Assembly (NCBI GenBank): GCA_900549225.1 | Contig: URNP01000004.1 | Coordinates: 3,931-67,930 of the forward strand | DNA from: an uncultured Eubacteriales bacterium | GTDB taxonomy: Bacteria > Bacillota > Clostridia > Christensenellales > CAG-917 | DNA length: 64,000 nucleotides | Direction: 5' to 3' | Part shown: positions 9,718 through 19,552 of the stretch, one piece after another | Numbering within the stretch: the stretch's first letter is position 1 | Layout of the letters: each line of letters opens with the position of its first letter | Notes under the pieces: model-generated | Told to the model about the DNA's origin: nothing | What the model saw: only the letters and a program-made list of their open reading frames with translations | The model's database searches: none | Made by a program: the position numbers and the translations under genes

Positions 9718-10977
9718 TCAATAAAACTCTTTGCTCGTGTTGCTCTTCCACTCCGAATAGCCCTGCGGATTGGGAGATTGCGTTTTGACAAACTCGCAAT
9801 ATCTCTTGCGAAGTTCCGCTTCGAGCGCAAAATCTTTTTCGTCAAACTTGCGCCACGGATGCTGATTCAAGCCGAAAACGTACCATAAATCCGCACTGTG
9901 CCACGCTCCCTTGTCGTCGCCGGGCAACGGGTGATAAAAATGCGACACCCACACCTTGCCGTTGCCTGCCCTCATAGCCTTCTTGGCTATGCGCTCGAGA
10001 TAAGGCGCAAGCAAATCGTTTTTGGTGACGCCCAAAATGCACGGGATTTGCTCGTCTTTATACGCGTTTTTATAGAGGTCCTTACGCACGATTTCACCGT
10101 CGAAAACGGGCATCGTGGAAAGCATTGACATTGCAAGATTTCGTTTGTTTTGTCTGTACCAGGCAAGATACAAGTCCTGCGCTCCGCAAGTTTTGGGGTC
10201 TAATCCCCTCTTTTGCAAATCCTTGCGGACGCGAGCGAAAAAACGTTTTGCTCTCTTTTGAGATTTCGGCGCGAAAATTCCGCGCACGCTGCCGCCGCCC
10301 GAAAGCATAATCGCGCCTTTGACCGTCTCTTTGACATTGGGCAACAGCACGAGATTCTGAAGAGATATCGCGCCTGCGCTCTGACCCATAAGCGTGATGC
10401 TGGACGGATCGCCGCCAAAGACGGAAATATTTGCCTTTATCCACTCGATTGCGCAAATCATATCGTAAAATGCAAGGTTCTGCGCGCCCTCGTCGGCGTT
10501 ATAGCCGAAAACGTTGAGTCTGTAATTTGCCGTGACGCAGATTACGCCCTCCTTTGCGATTTCCGTGCCGTCGAAAGGACGCTCGTCGCTAGAACATATC
10601 ACGAACGCTCCGCCGTGAATATACAACAAGACGGGCAGATTTTGCGCATTTTTTGGCGCGTATACGTTGAGATTCAGACAGTCTTCGGAATGACGAAAAG
10701 TCATACCTTTTCTGAACTCGTCGTAATAGAAAATATCCTGTTTTGACTTGGATTTGCTCTCGTCGAAAAACTGCCTGAATTGCGGGCAACCGTCCCCTCT
10801 TCTCGTGGCGTCGACCTCTTTTGCAAGCGGCTCTAAAACGGGCTTTTTGAATCGTTCGCCTCTTGCGAATCTGATACCCAAAAAGGAAGCCGTTTCGCCT
10901 CTGTCAATACCTTTGATAACATGATTTTGATCGTTTATAACGTAGTCCATTGATTGATGTTCTTTATTGCTTAACAC
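9718..10977 (-). CDS. type-B carboxylesterase (PnbA-like)
   Basis: FLGIRFA, EDCLNLNVY and the nucleophile elbow GQSAGA. The start is uncertain (GTG at 10977 or ATG at 10950); neither has a clear RBS. Confidence 0.8.
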   Translation of the reverse strand: MLSNKEHQSMDYVINDQNHVIKGIDRGETASFLGIRFARGERFKKPVLEPLAKEVDATRRGDGCPQFRQFFDESKSKSKQDIFYYDEFRKGMTFRHSEDCLNLNVYAPKNAQNLPVLLYIHGGAFVICSSDERPFDGTEIAKEGVICVTANYRLNVFGYNADEGAQNLAFYDMICAIEWIKANISVFGGDPSSITLMGQSAGAISLQNLVLLPNVKETVKGAIMLSGGGSVRGIFAPKSQKRAKRFFARVRKDLQKRGLDPKTCGAQDLYLAWYRQNKRNLAMSMLSTMPVFDGEIVRKDLYKNAYKDEQIPCILGVTKNDLLAPYLERIAKKAMRAGNGKVWVSHFYHPLPGDDKGAWHSADLWYVFGLNQHPWRKFDEKDFALEAELRKRYCEFVKTQSPNPQGYSEWKSNTSKEFY

Positions 10978-11306
10978 TCGCGTATTTCAGCAATAGTTAT
11001 ATTGCACCTACGGTGCAGTTATATTTGCGCCAAGCGCAAGTGATATTTTTGGCTTGCGCCAAAAGCGATATTGCGAAATTGCGGTGTGAGTTTTTATCCT
11101 TGCTCGAACTGATAGCGTGTGTCGGTTGCGCGGTTAGAAAGCGGGAAAACCGCAATATTGAGATGAAGAACAAGCGAAACACTCTGGTGAGCACAATATT
11201 TGGATGAAGAACAAGGAAGGCACTCTTTTTCAGGCAGGAGCGTACTTTTGCGTACGTGACTGTTTGCAAAAGAGTGCCTGACGCAGTTATTCGCCAAATA
11301 GTGCGC

Positions 11307-12416
11307 TCACCACTTGTTTTCACAATATTCGCAGAATGCATACATATCCCTCACCTCAACCTTCGTTCCGTCGTCGAGGATCGCTGTGCCGTTCCAAATG
11401 CCGTGGACTTGGTGGCAATGCATGCGGAGAAGATTGAGGACGTTGAGATCGCCGTGATGATCGTAGAAAGGAGTCATGGTGAAATCGAATCTGCCGTCTT
11501 GAGATACGAAGTGCCACGGCTCGGTGAATTTGTCGGGTTTTGGGAAAACTTCAACGTCGACAGGTCCGAATTTGTGCGCTTTGCCGTCCCAGAAAATCGC
11601 GGTTTCGGTGGCGTTGGATTCGTCGCCGATGCCCCAAGTGATTTCAAAACCGAACATATGGTCTTTGCCGTCAGGTCCTTGTACGACCTTCGAGCCGTTG
11701 CCCCAATACCATACCATTTTGTAGGGGGTGTTGACTCTGCCCCAGTCGAGGAATGCGAAAGTGTCCTTTTTGTCGAACTTCCACACTTGCTCGCCCCAAC
11801 GGAACGTGCCCTCGCAAGGCATGCAGTTTTGCTTGGTGGTCATAAAGTATCTCGTGGGTTTGCCCGCAAACGGAAGAACGGTGGTGATGTTTTCAAGCCC
11901 GTCCATAATGTCCATGGTGAAATTTGCCTCGACTTCCTTGCCTTTGAATTTGCCCTTGAAATACAACGCCCTGACGTTGGTTTCGGTGACCGCTTTAAAA
12001 CGAGTGCCCGCAACGGTGTGGTCTACGACGTTCGGCTCGTCGCCCTTGGGAGGAAGCATATATTTTTTGCCGCCGAGGAAAAGCGCAGTCGATTCCAAAA
12101 TCGTGCCCGAGTGGATTTTGCTTTTTTTGTGCGCGTGATGAAGGTCGGTTATGGACGCTTGCGCGTATCCGCCGATGGAAATGTTGGCAAAACTGATTTG
12201 CACCATAAATTCGCCGTTGGAAATCTGATAGAAATCCCACTCTTTTTTGCGGTTGGCAGGTTTTGCTTTTTCACGCTCGTATTCAAATACGTTGTGCCTT
12301 GCCCAGCCCGGAGCAAGCAATTTGCCGTCATCGCCCAAAAGTTTGGTGGGCGCGGTGTATTCGGTCTGTTTGCTGTTGAGTTGACCTTCTATCCAACTCG
12401 GATAAGTTCTCTTCAT
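11307..12416 (-). CDS. conserved hypothetical protein (possibly DUF2804 family)
   Basis: Long ORF with a good GGAGGG RBS 5 nt before the ATG at 12416 (Met11 of the track ORF). The family assignment is from memory of W/G-rich motifs only and is weak. Confidence 0.6.
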   Translation of the reverse strand: MKRTYPSWIEGQLNSKQTEYTAPTKLLGDDGKLLAPGWARHNVFEYEREKAKPANRKKEWDFYQISNGEFMVQISFANISIGGYAQASITDLHHAHKKSKIHSGTILESTALFLGGKKYMLPPKGDEPNVVDHTVAGTRFKAVTETNVRALYFKGKFKGKEVEANFTMDIMDGLENITTVLPFAGKPTRYFMTTKQNCMPCEGTFRWGEQVWKFDKKDTFAFLDWGRVNTPYKMVWYWGNGSKVVQGPDGKDHMFGFEITWGIGDESNATETAIFWDGKAHKFGPVDVEVFPKPDKFTEPWHFVSQDGRFDFTMTPFYDHHGDLNVLNLLRMHCHQVHGIWNGTAILDDGTKVEVRDMYAFCEYCENKW

Positions 12417-12598
12417 AATTTCCCTCCGCTTTACGCCTTGCGGCATAAATGATTATACGAAAAGTATAAAACAAAAATGCCCCCATTTCAAGAGCGATTT
12501 TTGACAATAGTACGATAAATGCAATCCCTTTGCAATATTTGAAACAAAGCCTATGAATAAATGTGGATTTGTGTTATGATTTTCAAAAGGAGTAAGCA

Positions 12599-13264
12599 AT
12601 GGAAATAAAACCTATCGCACGCATATACACGCCTTTCAAAGAAAAATTCGGCATACCCCGCCAAAGCGGACGAGTCGCAACCACGGGCAAAATCGTTTTT
12701 GAAAAGGAGTTCCGCCACCCCGACGCTTTTCGAGGCATAGAGGGATTTTCGCATCTGTGGCTGATTTTCGATTTTTCGCTTGCACACAGAGAAGAGTTTT
12801 GCCCCACCGTACGACCGCCTCGCCTCGGAGGAAACGAAAAAGTGGGCGTCTTTGCATCTCGCTCGCCCTATCGTCCCAACTCGCTCGGGCTGAGTTGCGT
12901 GCGGCTCGTAGGCATTGAGCATAGCGACGAATACGGCGATTATCTCGTCGTCGAGGGCGCAGACTTGCTTGACGGCACGCCAATATACGACGTGAAGCCT
13001 TACGTTCCCACGGACTGCGTGAAAGACGCCGTATGCTCGTATGCGGACAAGCACTTTTTCGATAAACTCGACGTCGTGTGGCAGTGCGAAACGGCATTGC
13101 TGACAGAAGATACGAGAGCGGAAATAACAGCTTGCATTGCGGAAGATCCTCGTCCGTCTTATCAGAACTACGAGCGCGAATACGGCATGTCGTTTGAAAA
13201 ATACAACGTCAAATTCATCGTGTCAAACGGCGTTGCAACGATTATCGAATGTAAAGAACGATAA
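12599..13264 (+). CDS. trmO: tRNA (t6A37-N6)-methyltransferase TrmO (TsaA/YaeB family)
   Basis: IARIYTPFKEKFGIPRQSG..FSHLWLIF..SRSPYRPNSLG..DGTPIYDVKPY are hallmarks of the family. Confidence 0.85.
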   Translation: MEIKPIARIYTPFKEKFGIPRQSGRVATTGKIVFEKEFRHPDAFRGIEGFSHLWLIFDFSLAHREEFCPTVRPPRLGGNEKVGVFASRSPYRPNSLGLSCVRLVGIEHSDEYGDYLVVEGADLLDGTPIYDVKPYVPTDCVKDAVCSYADKHFFDKLDVVWQCETALLTEDTRAEITACIAEDPRPSYQNYEREYGMSFEKYNVKFIVSNGVATIIECKER

Positions 13265-13299
13265 TCTATATAATCGCAAAAATCACCGTTTACGCATCA

Positions 13300-13333
13300 A
13301 AAAACACGCAATAAAATGCGTGTTTCGTTTTTT
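13300..13333. terminator. bidirectional intrinsic terminator between convergent trmO and the EamA transporter gene
   Basis: AAACACGCA (13302-13310) pairs with TGCGTGTTT (13317-13325), flanked by an A-run and a T-run. Confidence 0.7.
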
Positions 13334-13364
13334 ATCGGGTTATTGCCATACGGCTTTGAGATCG

Positions 13365-14297
13365 TCAATCGATGAAATATTTGCTGTAATTGGGCTTGAG
13401 CATTCTGTGCGGCACGCTGATTTGCGCAAGGAACACCGAGAGCAAAACTATGATGCATCCGACGAACTCCTTTACAGAGTAACTCTCGTGCAAAAACGCT
13501 ACGCCGCCTATAAACGCGATGACGGATTCGAGCGACATTATGAGCGTTGCAAGTTCGGGCGGAGCGTACTTCTGCCCTATCGCTTGGAATGTGAATCCGA
13601 CGCCTGCGGACATTATGCCCACGTACAAAACGGGAATAATGTTGTCCGCTATCGCGCTTGCCGGCGGAAAGCCCTCGATTGCCATTGCGGGCAAACTCAA
13701 AAGGCTTGCCACGACAAACTGCACGAAGGTTATTTTGAGAGGGTCGGTTTCGTCAACGAACACGTCTATGAACATTATCTGGAGCGAGAACATCACGGCA
13801 CAAAGAAGCAAGATTGCGTCGGCGTAGGTCAAGCCCGTGTTTTCGTTGATGCACATAACGTAAAATCCGAGCACCGCAAACACGATTGCAAATTTGCCGT
13901 TGGTGGGGATCCTGCGTCTCAAAAGCACGTTGAACAACGGCACGAAGACAATATAAAGCGCAGTGATAAATCCCGTCTTGCCTACGGTGGTGTGCGCTAT
14001 GCCGTACTGTTGAAGATTGTTTGCGCAAAACAGACTTATGCCGCACAACAAACCGCCGATAAAAGTCGCTTTGTTCCAGCCCGTGCGCTTGACGCCCTTC
14101 TTTTTGCCGACGAGTTCGAGTATCACGATAAATATGCCGATAACGCCGACGGCAAGGGAAAATCTCAATCCGTTGAACGTGAAAGTCGGCACGTCGGACG
14201 ACGCTTGTTGCTGAGCAACGAATGCAAAGCCCCAAACGAGCGCACACAGCGTGCAGAACGTTATTCCCGTTAAGTTGTGAGATTTTTGTTTGACCAT
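13365..14297 (-). CDS. DMT-superfamily (EamA-type) transporter
   Basis: About 10 predicted TM helices arranged as two EamA-like halves. Confidence 0.8.
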   Translation of the reverse strand: MVKQKSHNLTGITFCTLCALVWGFAFVAQQQASSDVPTFTFNGLRFSLAVGVIGIFIVILELVGKKKGVKRTGWNKATFIGGLLCGISLFCANNLQQYGIAHTTVGKTGFITALYIVFVPLFNVLLRRRIPTNGKFAIVFAVLGFYVMCINENTGLTYADAILLLCAVMFSLQIMFIDVFVDETDPLKITFVQFVVASLLSLPAMAIEGFPPASAIADNIIPVLYVGIMSAGVGFTFQAIGQKYAPPELATLIMSLESVIAFIGGVAFLHESYSVKEFVGCIIVLLSVFLAQISVPHRMLKPNYSKYFID

Positions 14298-14302
14298 ATC
14301 TT

Positions 14303-15145
14303 TTATTCTATGATTTTTTCAAGCGATTTTGACAGTTTTTTGTAGTCGTCGAGCGACAACGCTTCCCCTCTTACCATTGGTGAAAACCCTGCGTCCCCAA
14401 TGATTTGCGCCGCCGTCTGTTTGTCTATCTTGAACGCTACGGAGAGATTGTTGGCTAGAGTCTTTCTTCTCATCGCAAAGGACGAGCGCACGAGTTTGTG
14501 CAAAAGAGCGACGTTTTCTCCGTCGAGTTTGTTGCGGTCTACGTCTATGCGCACGACCGCGCTGTCCACGTTGGGAGAGGGATAGAACATGGTTCTTGAC
14601 ACGTTTCTCGTGATTTGCGCCTCGCCTGCCATCTCGATTGCAAGCGTAATTGCCGAGTAGTCGGGCGTGTTCGGTTTGGCAACGAAACGGAGCGCGACTT
14701 CCTTTTGCACCATAATCGTGATCGATTCGACCTCGAGAGTGCTTTCGATAAAGCGCATTGCAAGCGGAGTGGTGATATAATAAGGCAGGTTTGCAACCAC
14801 CTTGAATTTTTTGCCGACTATGGCTTCGAGTTGCTCGTCGCTCATTTTGAGCACGTCACGGAACACAACCTCTGCGTTTTCAACGCCTTGCAAAGACAAG
14901 GCAAGCACCGCTTCGAGATTTCTGTCGACCTCAAACGAGTATACCTTTTTTGCGACTTTGGCAATGGCGCGCGTGAGCGTGCCTGCGCCCGTTCCTATCT
15001 CGACGACAACGTCGCTCGGTGTGATTCCGCTGTCTGCAACGATTGCGTCAAGCAAATTTGCGTCGGTGATGAAGTTTTGCCCGAGCGCCTTGTTGAAGCG
15101 AAAATCCACTCCTCTTATTATGTCTTTTATGCTTTTGTTTTCCAT
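14303..15145 (-). CDS. rsmA: 16S rRNA (adenine1518/adenine1519-N6)-dimethyltransferase
   Basis: FNKALGQNFI and EIGTGAGTLT motifs. Conserved position next to tatD/metG. Confidence 0.93.
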   Translation of the reverse strand: MENKSIKDIIRGVDFRFNKALGQNFITDANLLDAIVADSGITPSDVVVEIGTGAGTLTRAIAKVAKKVYSFEVDRNLEAVLALSLQGVENAEVVFRDVLKMSDEQLEAIVGKKFKVVANLPYYITTPLAMRFIESTLEVESITIMVQKEVALRFVAKPNTPDYSAITLAIEMAGEAQITRNVSRTMFYPSPNVDSAVVRIDVDRNKLDGENVALLHKLVRSSFAMRRKTLANNLSVAFKIDKQTAAQIIGDAGFSPMVRGEALSLDDYKKLSKSLEKIIE

Positions 15146-15293
15146 TTATTTCCTTATATGCGCGTGCATAAGCCGCAACGAGTCGCACACACTACTTACG
15201 TACCAAAGATAAATCGCCAAATCACACAAGACGAAAAATCGAAGTACAAAAGATAAAAACAGGAGTCACGGAAAATGCGACTGCTGTTTTTTC

Positions 15294-15917
15294 TTAATAC
15301 TCGGTGTCTTCCCTTATGGTTTCGCGCACCTTGAAATGAGCGCCGACGCTCTTTGCGAGTTCTCCGCACGCTCTCACTTCGTCCTCCCCGATGAAATCCA
15401 CGACCGACATGGTGGTGTCGATGCCTGCGTTTACGCAGTCTTTTGTGAATTTGAGCATAGCGTCGAACGCCGCCTCGCCGTACTTGCTTCTGCATATCTC
15501 CTGATACACTTCGGGCGTTGAAGCGTTGAGCGACACCGATACGCTGTCGATATACGGCGCAATGAGTTTTGCCACGTCGTCGCGCTTGTTGATGAGGTTG
15601 CCAAGTCCGTTAGTGTTGATGCGGATTTTGCAACCCTTCTTTTTTAGATACGGCGCAATCTGCGAAATCATCGACAAATTGCACATGGGCTCGCCGAATC
15701 CGCAGAAAACGATCTCTTTGTACTTTGACAAGTCGTACATGGAGATATCGTCGACGAGTTCTTCAAAAGTCGGCTCTTTGAGCAACCAAAGGTCGCTTCC
15801 GCTCACGCCGTCTTTTATGTTGCGGATGCAAAATTCGCAATTGTTCGGGCAACGGTTGGTTATGTTGAGATACAAACTGTCGCCGAATTCGTAAACGTAA
15901 TTGTTGGTCATATACAC
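15294..15917 (-). CDS. TatD-associated radical SAM protein
   Basis: CPNNCEFC (CxxxCxxC) cluster motif near the N-terminus, ~200 aa long, immediately downstream of tatD. Confidence 0.8.
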   Translation of the reverse strand: MYMTNNYVYEFGDSLYLNITNRCPNNCEFCIRNIKDGVSGSDLWLLKEPTFEELVDDISMYDLSKYKEIVFCGFGEPMCNLSMISQIAPYLKKKGCKIRINTNGLGNLINKRDDVAKLIAPYIDSVSVSLNASTPEVYQEICRSKYGEAAFDAMLKFTKDCVNAGIDTTMSVVDFIGEDEVRACGELAKSVGAHFKVRETIREDTEY

Positions 15918-15973
15918 TCTCGAAAAATGTAATTCTATATTTGTGTTTTTTGCAAAATCGATGTTTTATACGA

Positions 15974-16747
15974 TTATTTCATGCGTGTAAACAGTCGTTT
16001 TGCGTTTTGCGTGGTGATTTCTTCTATTTCCTCGACGCTCATACCGAGCACCTGCGCCGCCTTTTGCGCAACGAGCGAAACGTACTTCGGCTCGTTGGTT
16101 TTGCCTCTGAACGGGACGGGCGTCATATAAGGGCAATCGGTTTCCAAAAGCAATCTGCCCTTTGGGACGACGGCAAGAGATTCGAGATTGTGCTTTGCGT
16201 TTTTGAAGGTTATCGCGCCGCCGAAAGCGTAGTACGCATCGAGTTTGTCAAAGATTTTCACGTACTCGCTCGAGCCCGAATAGCAGTGCAAAAGCAAGCC
16301 GTTTTTGATATAGCCTTTCATATCGAAAAGAATTTTTCTCGTGTCCTCGTAGGCGTCGCGTACGTGCAACGCAATCGGCAACTCCGCTTGGTTTGCGAGT
16401 TCGATTTGCTTTGCGAAAGCGGATTTTTGCACTTCCCTTTCGCTCAAATCGTAATAGTAATCAAGACCGATTTCGCCGATTGCAACGACTTTTTTATGTT
16501 TTGCAAGTTCCAAAATGCGTTGGCACGCTTCGTCGTCGAGCGTATCCGCATCGTGCGGATGAACGCCGACTGCGGCGTAAATTTCTTCAAATTTTTCCGC
16601 AATCGAAACGGCACACTCGGACGACGGCATATCGTAGCCTACGCAAATCGCACTTTCAAGACCGTCGTCTTTGAAAGAGGCGACTATTCTGTCTGCGTTG
16701 CAAAGCAGTTTTTCGTCGTTAAGATGGCAATGGGTGTCTATCAACAT
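15974..16747 (-). CDS. tatD: TatD-family metal-dependent hydrolase/DNase
   Basis: LIDTHCHL N-terminal metal-binding motif, ~257 aa, downstream of metG as in the Bacillus yabD locus. Confidence 0.9.
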   Translation of the reverse strand: MLIDTHCHLNDEKLLCNADRIVASFKDDGLESAICVGYDMPSSECAVSIAEKFEEIYAAVGVHPHDADTLDDEACQRILELAKHKKVVAIGEIGLDYYYDLSEREVQKSAFAKQIELANQAELPIALHVRDAYEDTRKILFDMKGYIKNGLLLHCYSGSSEYVKIFDKLDAYYAFGGAITFKNAKHNLESLAVVPKGRLLLETDCPYMTPVPFRGKTNEPKYVSLVAQKAAQVLGMSVEEIEEITTQNAKRLFTRMK

Positions 16748-16753
16748 ATTGGC

Positions 16754-18769
16754 TTATCTTACGACGCTGCCGCTCTCCACTGGCTTTTCGGGAGATACGA
16801 GCACAACTTCTTCACTTCCGTCTTCCTTCTTGAAGCAAGCGCAAAGAAGCATACCCTGACTCTCTATTCCGCGGAGTTTCGCGGGTTTGAGATTGTAGAC
16901 GACAACGACGTTTTTGCCAATCATTTCTTCGGGCGTGTAATACTTTGCGATGCCGCTGACGATTGTGCGCGTTTCACTGCCTATCTGCACGGAGAATTTG
17001 AGGAGTTTGTCCGCTTTTTCAACCTTTTCGGCGGTCAGAATCTTGCCGACGCGAAGTTGAATCTTCGCAAAGTCGTCAATGGTGATTTCGCTTATATCGA
17101 CGATATTCTCCGCCGCTTTCTCCTCTTTCTTTTCTTGCTTGCTTTCTTGCTTTGGTTGCGGTTTTGCCTCTTCTTCGGGTTTGTCGGCTTTGACGATGCC
17201 CTTTGCAAGCAAATCCTTCTTCACTTTTTCAACGTCGATTCTCGCAAAGAGATGCTCGGGGGCTTCGGCAACTTTCGTGCCGTTTGCAAGAAGTCCGAAT
17301 TTGTCAAGATCGTCAAAACTTCTCAACTCTGCTCCGCACTGCGAAACGACTTTTTGAGAGGTCGAAGGCATGAACGGCGAGAGCAAACTTGCGCAAATCA
17401 CGATGGTTTCGGTGAGGTTGTAAAGCACGGTTGCAAGTCTGTCTTTTTGGCTTTCGTCCTTTGCAAGCACCCACGGCATCGTTTCGTCGATATACTTATT
17501 GGCTCTGCGAAGCACCGTGAATATGTCCGAAAGCGCATCCGCGGAACGATAGGCGTCTATGTCGGCAAAGACTTTGTCTCTTGCCGCTTTGGCGATCGAT
17601 TTGAGTTCGTCGTCAACGGGCCGGCTTACGCCTTTGTCGCTCACTACTCCGCCGAAATATTTGTTGCTCATCGCGATGGTGCGCTGAACGAGGTTGCCGT
17701 AGACGTTGACGAGTTCACTGTTGATGGTGTCCATAACGAGATCCCAACTGATCACGCCGTCGTTGTCGAAAGGCATTTGCGAAAGAAGGAAATATCTCAC
17801 GCTGTCAACGCCGAAATAGTCTACAAGATCGTCGGCATAGATGACGTTGCCCTTGGATTTGGACATCTTTCCGCCGTCTTGCAACAGCCACGGATGACCG
17901 AAAATCTGCTTGGGAAGAGGAATCCCGAGCGCCATAAGGAAAATCGGCCAGTATATCGAGTGGAAACGCACGATATCTTTGCCGATAATGTGCACGTCCG
18001 CAGGCCATTCCTTTTTGAACAGGTCGGTTGAATTGCCGTCGGCGTCAAAGCCTATGCCGGTGATATAGTTGGTGAGTGCGTCAAGCCATACGTATACGAC
18101 GTGGCGTTTGTCGAACGTCACGGGAATACCCCACGTGAACGACGTTCTGGATACACACAAATCTTGAAGTCCCGGTTTCAAGAAGTTGTTGACCATCTCG
18201 TTTTTGCGAGAGGTCGGCACGATGAAATCGGGGTGCTCGTCGTAATATTTCATAAGACGATCGGCATACTTGCTCATATTGAAGAAATACGCCTCTTCTT
18301 CCGCCATCTTGACTTCGCCGCCGCAGTCGGGGCATTTGCCGTCAACGAGTTGGCTCTCCGTCCAGAAAGATTCGCACGGGGTGCAGTACCAACCCTTGTA
18401 CGAGCCTTTGTATATATCGCCCTGTTCGTAGAATTTTTTGAAAATCTTTTGGACTTGCTCCTCGTGCTCCTTGTCGGTGGTGCGGATAAATTTGTCGTAG
18501 GTGGTGTCCATCAAATCCCATATGCGCTTGATATCCGCCGCTTTTTGGTCGACGAATTGCTTGGGTGTGATCCCTGCGCTTTGCGCTTTGAGTTCTATCT
18601 TCTCGCCGTGTTCGTCAGTGCCGGTCTGGAAGAAAACGTCGTAGCCTTCCATACGCTTGGCTCTGGCGACGAGGTCGGAAAAAACGATTTCGTAAGTGTT
18701 GCCGATATGCGGCTTGCCCGACGCATACGCAATTGCGGTTGTCATGTAAAATTTCTTTTTGTCTTGCAT
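16754..18769 (-). CDS. metG: methionine--tRNA ligase with C-terminal tRNA-binding (EMAP/Trbp111-like) domain
   Basis: HIGN (HIGH) and KMSKS signatures, a CxxC..CxxC knuckle, a Lys/Glu linker and a C-terminal OB-fold tail. Confidence 0.95.
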   Translation of the reverse strand: MQDKKKFYMTTAIAYASGKPHIGNTYEIVFSDLVARAKRMEGYDVFFQTGTDEHGEKIELKAQSAGITPKQFVDQKAADIKRIWDLMDTTYDKFIRTTDKEHEEQVQKIFKKFYEQGDIYKGSYKGWYCTPCESFWTESQLVDGKCPDCGGEVKMAEEEAYFFNMSKYADRLMKYYDEHPDFIVPTSRKNEMVNNFLKPGLQDLCVSRTSFTWGIPVTFDKRHVVYVWLDALTNYITGIGFDADGNSTDLFKKEWPADVHIIGKDIVRFHSIYWPIFLMALGIPLPKQIFGHPWLLQDGGKMSKSKGNVIYADDLVDYFGVDSVRYFLLSQMPFDNDGVISWDLVMDTINSELVNVYGNLVQRTIAMSNKYFGGVVSDKGVSRPVDDELKSIAKAARDKVFADIDAYRSADALSDIFTVLRRANKYIDETMPWVLAKDESQKDRLATVLYNLTETIVICASLLSPFMPSTSQKVVSQCGAELRSFDDLDKFGLLANGTKVAEAPEHLFARIDVEKVKKDLLAKGIVKADKPEEEAKPQPKQESKQEKKEEKAAENIVDISEITIDDFAKIQLRVGKILTAEKVEKADKLLKFSVQIGSETRTIVSGIAKYYTPEEMIGKNVVVVYNLKPAKLRGIESQGMLLCACFKKEDGSEEVVLVSPEKPVESGSVVR

Positions 18770-18892
18770 TTTTCACCTCTTCGGCAGACTAATGGTGTCC
18801 GCCTTTTGGACTAGTTTATACATTATACAACTTTTATTTATAAAAGTAAATAAGAAGTGCATATGCGCGCGAGGTGAAAAATACAATATCGT

Positions 18893-19552
18893 ATGAACGT
18901 TGCTTTTTTGCTGATAACCGCCGCATCCCTCGTGCTGATGACAGTGCGCGCGCCCGAATCCGCATTCCCCACGATGATAGAAGGAGTGCGAGAAGCAATC
19001 GAATTGTCCTTCAAACTCTGCGCCATATACGCAGTGTGGCTGTCCGCTCTGAAAATGGTCGAGGCAACCGCCCTCGACAAAAAACTGTCCAAACTTTTGC
19101 GCCCTATCGTGCGCAAGATTTTCAAAAACGAAAGCGACGACGCCTACGACAAAATATGCGTGAATCTCGCCGCAAATATGTTCGGTATGGGCGGAGTCGC
19201 AACCCCTGCGGGCATAAAGGCTATGAGCGCGATGGAGGACGGATCGGCAAAAGCAACGGACAATATGATTATGCTTCTGGTGATAAACGCAACGTCTATT
19301 CAACTTATCCCTGCAACCGTGATTGCGCTGCGAGCAAGCGCAAATTCGCAAAGTCCGTCGGATATAATCGTGCCGACTCTCATATCAAGCGGCATCGCAA
19401 CTCTTTGCGGTACGATTATGTGCAAGGTGTTGTCTTTGAAAAAGAGCAATTCGGACAAAGACAACGGAACGGGCGTTTTATTTAGCGCAAACAGAAAGAT
19501 AAAACCCTCGTTTTGCGATTTGAAAACAAAATTCAAAAGAGGTGCGAAATGA
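18893..19552 (+). CDS. spmA: spore maturation protein A (nucleoside-recognition 'Gate' domain membrane protein)
   Basis: Polytopic membrane protein with an SpmA-like sequence. Its stop overlaps the spmB start (ATGA). Confidence 0.8.
   Translation: MNVAFLLITAASLVLMTVRAPESAFPTMIEGVREAIELSFKLCAIYAVWLSALKMVEATALDKKLSKLLRPIVRKIFKNESDDAYDKICVNLAANMFGMGGVATPAGIKAMSAMEDGSAKATDNMIMLLVINATSIQLIPATVIALRASANSQSPSDIIVPTLISSGIATLCGTIMCKVLSLKKSNSDKDNGTGVLFSANRKIKPSFCDLKTKFKRGAK

Noticed and set aside
15941-18031. A 696-aa plus-strand ORF opposite tatD/metG. Similar antisense ORFs include 1371..2756 (opposite the protease gene), 11256..12452, 12551..13054 (opposite trmO), 13137..14273, 6965..7906 and 61182..62174.
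   Set aside because: They are antisense to genes with unmistakable family motifs, have no motifs of their own, and show atypical amino-acid composition.
18770-18892. A T-box leader upstream of metG.
   Set aside because: The intergenic region is only ~120 nt and contains neither the T-box sequence nor a terminator/antiterminator arrangement.
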